A stretch of DNA of 64,000 bases from Phoronis australis (Eukaryota > Animalia > Phoronida), in assembly GCA_002633005.1 (NCBI GenBank), contig NMRA01000223.1, forward strand, positions 1-64,000, written 5' to 3'. Every line of letters begins with the position of its first letter. Position 1 is the stretch's first letter. Both the position numbers and the translations under genes were made by a program. Shown piece after piece: positions 25,338-37,642 of this stretch. Below the pieces are notes generated by a model. That model was not told the origin of the DNA. It was given only the letters and a program-made list of their open reading frames with translations, and did no database searches.

Positions 25338-25506
25338 CCTTTGATTGTAGTCTCAATTTCATGTCCACATCTTGAACAATACAAAGCTCTTGAAGTCTTT
25401 ATGTCGTGCATGTTAGGCATAAACGAAGGTAAATCACCATCGTCACCAACAGGTGGCAACAGAATCTGGCTGGACTCATTCAGACGCAACCTCAGATGAA
25501 GCTCAC
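25338..25506 (-). CDS. UBE3D: UBE3D-like exon (169 nt; most 5' exon found; absent from the ORF track)
   Basis: tatctAG/GTTAGT borders; ELHLRLRLNE...LYCSRCGHEIETTIKG joins in frame to FDRVLPLPS, matching the UBE3D LHLRL..YCxxCG motifs. Confidence 0.88.
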
Positions 25507-25613
25507 CTAGATAATGATAAAGATTTGATAAACTTTAATTCATAGACTGAGGATAAATCCACTACAAAGGCTAATATACAGCATAGCACTCTTACAGCAA
25601 TACATTAAATAAC

Positions 25614-28408
25614 ACAAGAGCAACCCGGAGCATTGAAATGCGCCCACGAATGTATCGCAAATGGTGTTCTTTTAGGGTTGTTAATTGTATCATTAAAATG
25701 GCCACTAGATGATGCAAAATACGTCGAATCCATCTGAAAACCACAAAAAATTCATTGTTTTTTAAAAGAAAGCCATTTACCAACTTTCATTAAAATTCGC
25801 CGAGGAACTTCAAAGAAACAGAGGAAAACAAAACAAGAGCAACGCGGAGTGTTGAAATGCGCCCATGAATGCAACACAAATGGAGAGCTTCTAGGTTTGT
25901 TGATTTGTTTCATAAAAATAGCCACAAGAGAGCGAAAAAACACCCAATACATCTGAAAATGGGTACATGCCATCGCTTCTTTAATAGAAAGCTATTTTAG
26001 CAAATTTCATAACAAGAGCAACGCAGAGCGTTGAAATGCGCCCACAATTGCACCGCATATGGTATCCTTCTAGGGTTGTTTATTGGTACCATAAAGTGGC
26101 CAGTAGAGGGCATATATGTAGTATGTTGTACTTTGCAAAATGGAAAGGCATGGTCCTTGTCTCCTCAATAGGCTAGGGGCAAAATGTGAGTAATCTTCAT
26201 AATACAAGCACATCCTATACACCAGTTGCTTAAAGCACCACAGAAACATAGAATTAAAAACAAATTTACCAACATACGAGATTAGCACAGCATTAGAATG
26301 CCAGAAACAAATTTCTACTTGGAACTTTTCCTTCACAGTCACGAAGTAACACAAAGTATACACCTGAAGACCTATGAAAATACAGAGGTCAATGTAAAAT
26401 ACTAAAATTGCCACTAGAGGCAAATACTAAAATTGCCACTAGAGGCATACCGGTAATCAGAATCATCCTAAAGTCGTCATCGTCCGTTGTCAACATCACA
26501 TAAATACACTTGCTAAATTTAGTAAAGATCCTGCAAACGGTTTGGGAGATACAGCCATGGGCGCAAAAAAACAAAACTGCCACTAGGAGGCGCCACAGTA
26601 GTCCAAATCGTCTGAAAATCATTGTCAGCTGTCTTCCTTATAGTAAGCACATACACGCCAATTTTCACAATCATCCTTTGAGCGGTTTGGTTGATAGAGG
26701 GGTGGACGCAAAAATACAGACTCGAAAACAGTAAAAATGGCCACTAGGTGGCGCAAACTACGTCGAATCCATCTGAAAACAGTAGGATAGCGTCATCTCA
26801 CTAATAGGTGCCTACATACCAAATTTCATGAAAATCCGTTCAATACTTTTGAAGATACAAAGGTAAGCGTAAAAAACTAAAATTGCCACTAGGGGGCACA
26901 CCGGTAGTCGGATCCGACCAAAAGTCGTCATCTTCCGTTGTTAACATCATATAAATATACTTACACAATTTGTAAAGATCCTGCGAACGGTTTAGGAGAT
27001 ACAGCCATAGGCGCAAAAAAACAAAACTGCCACTAGGAGGCGCCACAGTAGTCGAAGTCATTGGTAAATCACCCTCAGCTTCGTAGTAAGAACATATATG
27101 CCAATTTTCACAATCATCCTTCGTGCGGTTTGGATGATAGATGGGTGGACACCAAAAACCAGACTCGAAAACAGCAAAAATGGCCACTAGGGTGGCGCAA
27201 ACTACGTCAAATCCATCCGAAAACGGAAGGATAGCGTCATCTCACAAATAGGTGCCTATATTCCAAATTTTATGAAAATGCCTCGAGGACCTTTGAAGAT
27301 ACAGAGGTAAACGTAAAAAAATTAAATTCCCAATAGGGGGCACACCGGGAGTCAGATACGTCAGAAAGTTGTCGTCATATATTGTCAACATCATATAAAT
27401 ACACTTGTAGAATCTAGTACAGTTCCTGCCAACGGTTTAGGAGATACAGCCATGAGCGCAAAAAGAAAGAGACAAAACTGCAGCTAGGAGGCGCCACAGT
27501 AGTCGAAATCATCGGAAAATCATCGTCAGTTGTTCTCTTCATAATAAAAACATACATGCCAATTTCCACGATCATCTTGAGAGCGGTTTCGTTGATAGTG
27601 GGGTGGACGCCAAAAACAGACTCGAAAACAGCAAAAATGGCCACTAGGGATCGCAAACTACGTCGAATCCATTCGAAAATGGGAGGATAGCGTCACCTCA
27701 CCAATAGATGCCTATACGCCAAATTTTATGAAAATACCTTAAAGACCTTTGAAGATATAGAGGTAAGCGTAAAAAAACTATAATTGCCACTAGGGGGCAC
27801 ACCGCTAGTCGTATCCGCCCAAACGTTCGATCATGCCGTCCCATCCATGATAGGAACATATGTGCAAAAGTTCATGAAAGTACATCAAAGCGTTTTGGAG
27901 ATAGAGCAGCGGACACCGGACGGACGCCGTAAGGACGCCGTACGGACGGAGGTGACGGCATAATGCATCCACATATAAATATGTGGGCGCATAAAAGAGA
28001 AATTGCCACAAATGGGCACAGCGCTCATCGGATCCATCTAAAGTTGTCATTTCCTCTTGTTAACTTCATATAAATACACATGCTAAATTTAGATCCAGCA
28101 GAGATACAGATATGGGTGCAAAAAAATTAAAACCGCTACTAGGAGCCAAAGTCATCAAAAAATCATCAGCAACCGTCCCCTTCATAGAAAGAACATACAT
28201 GCCAACTTTCACAATTATCCTTAGAGTGGTTTGGTTGACGGAGGGACAAACGCCATAAAACAGAATCAAAAACGACAAAAATGGCCACTAGGTGGCGCAA
28301 AAAACCTTGAATCAATCTGAAGATGAATGGCTGGCGTCATCTCACTAATGGATGTCTATGTGCCAAATGCCAGATTTTATGGAAATCCATTGAGTTTGAA
28401 GATACAGA
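25614..28408. mobile_element. Nest of Helentron/DINE-1-like elements; complete inner copy at 26012-27995
   Basis: Three heads acaagagcaac..gaaatgcgccca at 25614, 25832 and 26012; subterminal IR atgcgcccaca / tgtgggcgcat; terminal hairpin ccacatat-aa-atatgtgg; ggac repeats; central ~450-bp tandem repeats. Confidence 0.8.
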
Positions 28409-28436
28409 CCGGCAGCCCAGAGCACTTAGCATAGAT

Positions 28437-29958
28437 AAAAAAAAAACAGTGCAGGTGGTCTGATGTCACTTGCGTGCATCAGACGTGCGCAGGCCTCTTG
28501 GTTGGGCCCATTGCACAAAACACCTGAGCAAAGGCACGAGACCCCAATTATGGCTCCTCGTGAAGAAAGTTTTCAAGTCTGCCAGTCTCCTTTAGGAAAA
28601 CGGACAGACGTTTCCATTTGTTGCCATGCACTATATGTTGTAGGCATGTAACAATGCCATCCAGTAGGTTGCTCCTTAGCCTATAAAAAGCTGGGCAAGA
28701 CTCTACCAGGTGTTTAGGAGATTCTACGTCAGTACCACACTCGGGACACACAGGGCTCCCCATATGCCCAGTAATGTGTCTGTGTCGGGCTAGGTTGCAG
28801 TGGCCCGTCAAAATTTGAATGACGTGTCTTATACCCAATCTATCTAGACTCAGAAGGCTTTTTGAACCTTTTGGTTCGATCACGTTGGGAAAATTCTCCT
28901 TGGTCTCTCTGCAGGAGTTAAGTGATGCCCACTGGGCTGCTGACTGGGTATGTACCCAGTTGCGTATACTCATCCTGCAACATCCGTAAGATACCGGGAT
29001 AGCAGGTTCAGGCACAAAATGCAGAACGCTTGCTCCTATCTTTGCGAGTCTGTCTGCATTCTCATTGCCATCAATTCCCACATGGGCCCTGACCCAGCGT
29101 ATATTGACGGTTCTTTCAATTGCAAGCTTGTTAAGCTCATTAATACAAGCATTAACACAACGAGAGTTGACCCTTAGTTTCTTTAGGGCTTTTATTGCTG
29201 CCTGGCTATCTGAAAAGATGGTAATTGGGCCTATTGCCAAGTTCAGTGTTATATTGTGCCAGTTGAGCAGCTCTATTAATTGCAGTGATCTCAGTCTGAA
29301 ACACCGTGGCAAGATTGCCTAACGATACCCAGTTTTCTGCATCTGCAACAGGAAGGCTTGGAAAGTAGACCCCAGCACCTGTCTGGCCATTTTCCAGTTT
29401 AGAGCCGTCCGTATAACAAACCACCTCATTCTTGTGTTCTGCGGTAGGCCATCCATCACCAATTTCCGCGAAGAAATTGTTTGTATGATTTAAAGCTGTG
29501 ACCTGGTCATCACTAGGCATGTTCCATAGTTGCCCAGTCTTGGCCATTAGCTTATTGCAAACATTCCTGAGGCTTCTGTGTGCAACGGAGTCAGGGATGT
29601 TAGTTTTCACCCACTGACCATTATATTTGAGACGAAGTGCAGCACATGCAGCTTCACCCTCAAGGTATATGTTCAGTGGAGGTAGACCGATTAGCATTTC
29701 TAGGGCTGCAGAAGGCATTCCTGGAAAAGCAGAGGTTATGCACAGACAAGATAGACGTTGCAGCTACCTAAGTTTGTTGATAATTGTAATCTGTTTTAAT
29801 GCCGTTCCCCAAATCGACGAAGCATAGGACATTATAGGTCAGATAACAGCAGTATAAATCCAGAACATATTCTTGGGGGACATTCCCCAAGTTTTACCCA
29901 CCGCACGACTGCATCTCACCAATGCAGATTTGGCTTTTGAGATTTTTTCTGTAATATG
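28437..29958 (-). mobile_element. 5'-truncated non-LTR retrotransposon (I/LOA-like): RT thumb, RNase H and C-terminal CCHC
   Basis: YTDGSK..GAG, FSDSQAA, WVRAHVGIDGNENAD, LTGHC, CPECG..ESPKHLVESC; 12-bp TSD cttagcatagat (28425-28436 and 29959-29970); frameshift near 29260. Confidence 0.92.
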
Positions 29959-29970
29959 CTTAGCATAGAT

Positions 29971-32540
29971 GAACGAGGTACCAACATATGACCGGGAGCA
30001 TTTAAAGTCCACCTCAGTATGTACAAAAATGGACGTCTGCCGTTGTCTGCACTCTGGGTGTGATCCCTGGGGGCTTACAAAGGGCCCAGAAAATGAGCTA
30101 GACTAGATATACGAAGTACCAACCAAAACTGATTTAAAACGAATAATAGTACCCCACTGAACACCGAATGACCCATGACAGACAAATTGCACTATGGAAT
30201 GGGTCCGGCAGAAACCAAAAAAGGACCCTCCAAAAATGAGCTAGCACATACCGTATTCGCTGTAATAACCGCCCATGCCCCTATAAGCGCCCTCCCATGC
30301 GTTTTCAGACTTTGCTGAAATAAGCGCCCAGTCCATGACCGTGCACATGCGAACAATGACGTACCTACAGTCCTAAAACTCGACTACAGTAACGTCTTCA
30401 ATTTATCAAAAAATTTTTGCACGGGTCTACAAGACCACCAGTGGCACTGCTACGTTTGTAATTAGCCGTGACTTTACACTTCAAAGTAACGCAGCGCTTC
30501 AAAAAGAACGCAACAGCGTTGCTACGCTCTCGCGACGACCGTGTCCCACTATGGTCTGACCTTTCAGTAGACACATCGATTGTCTCATGAATAAAAATAA
30601 CTCGGTGTTAAACACACATGGCCAGGAAGCGTGTGCTACATACATGAACCTGTCATCAAATACATTAGTCGGGAACTATCCATTCATGAAACGGGTGGCA
30701 TAGCATCGATAAGAAATGAATATTGGCATTAATTTCCGACAATTTCTAATACTACAAAACATGTTTGCGTTATTTTTGAGATGGATTGTTTGATTAATCA
30801 TAATTGGTGTTTTTAAGCCGAATATTCGATAAAATGACAACTGACAGTGAATGCTTACACACCCTTACACTGAAAAGTAACTGTCAGATAGTTACGTACG
30901 CATCCAGCTACACGGCGACTAACATGGGCCTTACCGAGACAAATGTCGAAAGTTTTTAGCAAGAGACCGGCAAGTGCTGAATGAAACACGCTCTGGTTTA
31001 GGCCTACTGCTTGTGCAAATTTCGTTAGACACATCTAGCTAGTTAGATTGCGTGACTCTGGTCAAAAGACCGTCTCTGCTTTGGCAAATGAACTCTGGTG
31101 ACACGCACGCGCTCGCTTACTCGCAGACAAATTTCAAAACAAACGTCACGTGACAACAACATGTGTGTTCGTCCAGACATTTTTCTCGCCGTGTTGCCGA
31201 TCACACATGTAGATGGGACGATGTTGCACAGATTTGTACTTAAACCTGCCATTAATCCAGACTCCACGGGAACTTAAAAAATCTTAGAGACGCTACTTAT
31301 AAAACTTAATCAGGATTTCAGGTAATTTGCTTGAGTCAAACCCATTTTTATTCAAGCATTGAAGTCGCCATATCGAAGACGGCGATTTCGAGGCAGTCAG
31401 TCGGAGAGTTTTCGCCCTGGTATTTCAGCACAATTTTCTGTAAAATGATCGTAATTTAGCAGCAAAGTTTGATAGCAATGACCACAGTTTTGTTGAAAGT
31501 CTTTCATTGTTTACATATATGTCACAGAGCGTAAATTTGATGAATCTTAGATTTCGTTTCGGAGACAGAGTTTCAACCGCCTTGGGTTATAATAAGCGCC
31601 CCCCCTGAACCGAACTTTTCTAAGCGCCCTGGGCGGTTATTACAGCGAATACGGTACATTCGAGGTACCACACAAAATCAATTGCATATGGTTCAATATA
31701 TGCACAGATCACTAAAACCCCAATGACAGACAAAATACACTCTGGGTTGTGACCTGCAGAAACCACCAAAAATCTCAACCATGGTATGCCATCAAAAATT
31801 TGAGCTAGACTAGATATTCGAGGTACCGGTCAAAACTGATTTAAAACGAGCAATAGTACTGCACTAAACACCGAATGACCGATGACAGACAAATTGCACT
31901 CTGCAATGGGTCCGGCAGAAACCAAAAAAGGACCCCCCAAAACTGAGCTAGCACATACATTCGTGGTACCACACAAAACCAATTCCATATGATTCAATAC
32001 ATGTCACAGATCACTAAAACCCCTATGACAGACAAAATGCACTCTGGGTTTTGCCCGGCAGAAACCCCAAAAAATCTCAACCATGGTATGCCATCAAAAT
32101 ATGAGCTACACTAAATTTTTGAGGTACCGGCCAAAACTGATTTAAAATGAACAATAGTACCACACTGAACACTGAATGACCCATGACAGATAAACTGCAC
32201 TCTGGAATGGGTCAGGCAGAAACCGAAAAAGACCCCCCCAAAAATGAGCCAACACATACATTCGAGGTACCACAAAAAACCAATTACATGAGATTCAATA
32301 CATGTCATAGGTCACTAAATGCCCTATGACCGGCAGACAAAATACACTATGGATTGTGCCTGGCAGAAACCCTCAAAAATCTCAACCACGGTATGCCATT
32401 TTTGAGACTGTTAGATTTTCAAGGTATCGGCTTAAACTGATTTAAAACCAACAATCGTGCTGCACTGAACACCCACTGATCCGTGAAAGACAAATTTTGC
32501 TCTGGAAATAGTCGGCCAGAAACCCAGAAAGGATCTTAAA
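29971..32540. repeat. ~300-bp tandem repeat (~150-bp subunits, ~4 copies) interrupted by the MITE
   Basis: gagctagactagatat..gaggtacc..aaaactgatttaaaac at ~30096, 31802, 32103 and 32403. Confidence 0.8.
30251..31654. mobile_element. Second, inverted copy of the 1.4-kb Tc1/mariner-type element
   Basis: TA TSD (30249-30250 and 31655-31656); TIR ccgtattcgctgtaataaccgccca; empty site ctagcacaTAcattcg seen in the next repeat unit (~31948). Confidence 0.92.
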
Positions 32541-32989
32541 AAGGGAGTTACAATTGTTCATGCAGCTTCCACCTGCTAGTTCAAATACAAGATGTTAAAA
32601 ATTGCACCACGGAAATCGAAGTACACATATTCTCAATTGGTGATAATAGTGGTGTATTTAATAAGTTAACTGCAAAAAATGGGACCGCAGGATACAAAAA
32701 CTAATTATAGAAAACTTTCGTTCACCAAAGCCTTTGTTTACTCTCATGATCACAAGAAGCGAAAAGCAGACGGGTGTCAAGATGTGAGACAGTTAGCTTG
32801 CCCAGTGGTAAGTTTTTGAAGAAATTTTTACATGATGTCGAAATTCAGTGTACTGTATAGTGTTTCACAGAGTCACTTGTCGATGGCCGATATAAAATAC
32901 AAATCACCCCTAATTTGGTGCGCAGCCATGCGGTGGAGTCCCAATGCTATTTAAATAAACATATAAACAACAACGTGTTTCAGTAACAA

Positions 32990-33250
32990 GGGGTCTCGCT
33001 GCAGCATTGCCTGGTCTGCATGCGGTGACAGGGTGTGACGTCACAGCAGCACTGTATAAGAAAGGGAAAGTGAGGCCTCTGGAAATCCTCATGAAAAACT
33101 CATTTGGGACACTTATCAGCTTCTTCTCAGACTCAATAAGCGTAGATGTCCAACTTGACGAAAGAAAGTTAGAAGAATACATATGCCTCTTATTAGGGAG
33201 GAATCAAAGATGTCAATGAAGCGAGATATCAGAAATTAATTGAGATGACC
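32990..33250 (+). pseudogene. Fragment with FEN1/XPG-like H3TH motif, typical of transposon-derived invertebrate ORFs
   Basis: ALPGLHAVTGCDVTAALYKKGK...LEEYICLL, then a frameshift to NEARYQKL. Confidence 0.55.
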
Positions 33251-33264
33251 GCTCTTAAAGATGA

Positions 33265-34100
33265 TTGTAAAAATTGGCATGCATGTATTTTCTTACTATG
33301 AAGAGAAAGCCTGACGATGATTTTCTGATTAATCTGGCTACTGTGGCGCCTCCTAGTGGCAGTTTATTGGTGACATGATGCTATCTCACTATTTTCCAAA
33401 TTATTTGAGACATTTTGCGCCACCTAGTGGCCATTTATGTTTTTTTCCAATTGGTTTTTTGGCATCTGCTCCTCAATCAACTAAACCATTCTATGGATTA
33501 TTGTGAAAATTGATATATCTGTTCTCAGTTTGAAGAGTATGGCTGACGATGACGACTAACTACTGTGGCGCCTACTAGCTTTTTTGCGCCTATAGCTGTA
33601 TGTCCTAAGCCTACTGCAGGATCTTAATTAAATTTAGCAAGTGTATTCATATCATGTTGAGAACAGATATTGACAACTTTCAGGTGCATTGCCCCCTAGT
33701 GGCCATTCCATTTTTTCCGGTCTTCCTTTGTTTCTCTATAGTTTCTTGATAGATTTTTATGGAAATTGGTAAATACTTTCTATTAAAGAAACGATGTTTC
33801 TGTTTTCGGATGGAGTTGACGTGTTTTGCGCCATCTGGTGGCCATTTTTATGATACAAATAGATGTCACAAGAAGCATGCTGTTTGTGATGCCGAATTGC
33901 TTCAAAATTTTTCGCTCTCCGGCTGCCTTTCGGCGGGGCCCTTCACAAGAAGCATGCTGTTTGTGATGCCCAATTGCTTCAAAATGTTTTGCTCTCCGGC
34001 CTCCTTTCGGCGGGGCCCTTCTATATTAATATAGGTGGCCCCGCTCTCCGACCTCCTTTCGGCGGGGCCTTCCTATATTAATATAGGCGGCCCCGCTTTT
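33265..34100 (-). mobile_element. Inverted, diverged fragment of the CTCF-motif Helentron/DINE-like family with terminal short repeats
   Basis: ggcgcctcctagtggc, gcgccacctagtggcc, gccccctagtggcc, gcgccatctggtggcc; repeated cctttcggcggggcc at 33926-34070. Confidence 0.7.
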
Positions 34101-34489
34101 GAGGTCCAAAATTCAATTTTTTGCCTATGTCATTTTAATAAGAATAAGTCATTTTAAATAATAAGCTGTTATTAATGTAATCTTTATTTATGTTAAAGGT
34201 TTTACTAGCGTCCTATTTAATTGTACACGAATGTGAATTTGTTGAAATCGCTGATCCAAATCCTGGCCAAATGTGCGCATTATGCTGAGACCAACCGTCT
34301 GATCAGGCCCACCGAAGAGTAATTTAGTTAATTCGCTCACTAGACTATGGCTGAAGGTCTTCGTAAGGACAAGAGTTCACCAGTCACTGCCATTGGAAGA
34401 AATTTAGCGGACATTTTTCGTCAAAAAGTTTACCAGATAGTTTTCATCGAAACGGAGAAAAGGAAAATGGATTTGTGAAGACAGGATTA

Positions 34490-34710
34490 AGTAGTAGGCC
34501 TACCAGAGCCTCTTAAAAACACCCATCTCCGAAGTGACGTGAACAAATGTACAAGTTTTTTTTTGGAAGAACAACTTCCATTCACGTCGACGCGAGAACA
34601 TAACTTTTTCTCCCACAGCGGATTTTGGGGTCTCCGTACACTATGGAAGCTAACGCTTCTGCATTTCGCCTGCGTAGCCGAACAACCGGCCACACAGCCA
34701 CCGACCAAGA
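34490..34710 (-). pseudogene. THAP-domain remnant (DNA transposon-derived)
   Basis: GGCVAGCS...VSFHSV...PLW, frameshift in an A-run, then NLYICSRHFGDGCF; the 5' part is duplicated across N 34784. Confidence 0.75.
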
Positions 34711-35699
34711 TTAGCAGACGACGTACTTGCCGGAAATTACACCAGATAATTTAGCCAGGTGTCGCCAGTGAATAATGACGTAANATTTTGGGGTCTCCGT
34801 ACACTATGGAAGCTAACGCCTCTGCATTTCGCCTGCGTAGCCGAACAACCGGCCACACAGCCACCGACCAAGATTAGCAGACGACGTACTTGCCGGAAAT
34901 TACACCAGATAATTTAGCCAGGTGTCGCCAGTGAATAATGACGTAAAAGCTTGTGCGCAAGCTCACAGATTTCGTCCATTGAAAGTATACGGAGTTGGCG
35001 GTCCATGTACTATAGTCTATGACGCAACAGACCTGGAAATCCAGCGAAACACTTCTATCTTAAAAATCTGACAATACCTAGTCTCAGAAAATTTGATCAC
35101 CTGGCAAAAATACTAATGATGATTTTCCGGTGATGATTATCATCCACTTTGTTTATTTACTTCACCTACACAATTTGAAATGCTTGGTAAAATAAAGCCC
35201 ATTCGAGTAAGCACCATGTGGGTCCCAATGCCAACCCAATATATGATAGAACCCAAAAAGCTCAAGTTGCGGTCAAATCAGGACGGGCATGACTAAGGAA
35301 ATTTACTTAACCGAATAAGAATAAGATACAGTGTTGCTACAGTAAGCACGTGCACGATACTTGGTCCATTATCAGATCACCAATGGCGCAAAATTTCGAA
35401 AACAGCTGGATTCTTAGGGAGTCCTGTTACTGTTCTATTTATTTTCAAAACTTTATATTGTGTTACATTGAATTTATTTTCTGTTCGACTCATTGAAACC
35501 ATTTAATATGAATGCATTCGACACAATTACTGCATTGTAAAAACCAAAAGTTGTGCTCTATCAACATTATACAAAATCAGTTAACCCCTTTCTTAAAAAA
35601 TGGATTAAAATTTGGAAACAGAGGACACAAGTTTCCATCACTTGTAACGTAGATTTTCGACATTGATGTTGGGGAGGAACATCATTCTGGCGACATCAA

Positions 35700-36110
35700 C
35701 ACGGAATCGTACGTTTTTGTTTATGTCTTTTTTCAATACGGTTAAGGGTTACTTCTGAATCCAGGAACAAGAACTGAAAGAGGCAGGGTTCGCAATAACG
35801 TTGAAGAACGGTAACATTTATATAAGGTGTTACAACTGTCATCGATATTGTCACCTCCTCTGTTTTCATCCAATCTAACAAAGTTAATATTTTTCTAAAC
35901 CAAAAATATTAAATTAATATCTTTTGCATTCACAGGTACTCCTAAGTTGGAATTTGTGCACAAACATGCTTTCGTAGTTTTCCCAGTTGGCCCATGTAAA
36001 CCATAAATCACAAACTGTCCGATAACTATACTGGTATTGGGCAAGCAGACGACATAATCAGTCGGCACCGAAGTTTGAATTTTGTAATTAATTACCAGCA
36101 GCATTGTCAA
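35700..36110 (-). pseudogene. Decayed BTB/POZ-like relic
   Basis: TDYVVCLPNTSIVIGQFVI...KDINLIF(fs)WFRKILTLLDWMKTEEVTISMTVV..VTVLQRYCEPCL resembles the BTB pattern; judged by eye only. Confidence 0.45.
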
Positions 36111-37491
36111 AAGTACTCACGATACCAACACTTCTACTACTGGAAGACTGTGAACAGCGTTTCAATGCCGAAATTAATATTTTTTCGTTGTACTGGACAG
36201 TAAAGTAGATGCAAATATTTCTCGTCAAAATACACTTACCGGAAACTGCACCAGAAAATTTAGGAGAGTGGCGTCGCCTCTTGGCTAGCACGTAAGTAAA
36301 TGTCGGAGTTGCGAATCTGTTTTCTATAATCTATGGTGGCAATGACACCTGTGTTGAAAGCAGGTGAAGTGAATACGTGAATTAGGACAAATTACGACGT
36401 TATTTTGCCAGTGATTTCGAAATACCCAAAGAATTTAATGTTACAATCGTTGTGGATTCTTTTCTAATCCTGCAGCTATTCAAGACTGGTTGATAAATAC
36501 TATATCCGACACTGAAGTTTACATGATAAGTCAATTTACGAAAGAATGTTGAACTTTCGGATCGAAATTTTTATACGAAGTTCTGTATTTCGATGCTCAC
36601 GAAAGCGAAGATAGAAATCAATTATCAGATATGCCATGTTTGTACTTCTTTCTTAAATTCTGCATTTTCCACTTCAGCTGGCCAAATAGAATACATGTAT
36701 CAAGATATAGCACTTTTTTCTATACTATAGTAAATGTAGATCTCAATATTATTCAGCACATACGCCAAGAACAAAACTGTTACTGAGTGAGAGCTTGCTG
36801 AAAGGAGTGGCATGGTCGTTCTACAGAAGAGCCAAAATACGATTGTAGAGTGCTTGTTTTCCGGAAGACAGCTCTTTGCAAGTGCTATGGCTTACGACCA
36901 CATTTTGCACTTTGTAAGGGAACACGATACACTTGCTTCATTGATCAGTATGTTGTCTGAAACTTTGTGCATAATCATTGTGAACGTCTAGGTACAGTAC
37001 ACACTTCATGGGCGGCACACAGTAGGGGGCTGGAGGGGGGNGAAGACAGCTCTTTGCAAGTGCTATGGCTTACGACCACATTTTGCACTGTGTAAGGGAA
37101 CACGATACACTTGCTTCATTGATCAGTATGTTGTCTGAAACTGTGTGCATAATCATTGTGAACGTCTAGGTACAGTACACACTTCATGGGCGGCACATAG
37201 TAGGGGGCTGGAGGGGGGGGGGCTATATCCGCCCACACACTTGCAAACATTGTCTGCTTCTAGAGAAAATGAACCAAAGCCCCCTCTTCACATATGATGT
37301 CAACATCTCACTAAATATATAAACACGACTTGTATTTTTACAGTATTCTCTATCCAGAATTTGTTGAATACACGACACTTTTCATTTTTCACGGTTTTAT
37401 TCCGTTGCGTTCATACTTTCTGAACAAAACTCTACTCTCTACTGAACATAGATACAGTAACTGACCTAGCGACATAATTAAAAAGACACAG

Positions 37492-37524
37492 GATATTTCG
37501 AAACATACTTGTTTCATTCTCAAG
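37492..37524 (-). ncRNA. Minimal hammerhead-like motif in the Penelope 3' region
   Basis: CTTGAGAAT-[GAAACA agta TGTTTC]-GAAA-TA-TC: variant core boxes around a perfect 6-bp helix II; helix I is weak. Confidence 0.5.
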
Positions 37525-37642
37525 TGAAGATAAAATGACGCAGTAATGCCACCACAGAGTATAAGCTGACGACACACACAGTGAGACACAGCGGGTGTGA
37601 AATACTGCAAAGAATGACTAAAGAATTAGGGTAACAGGAATG

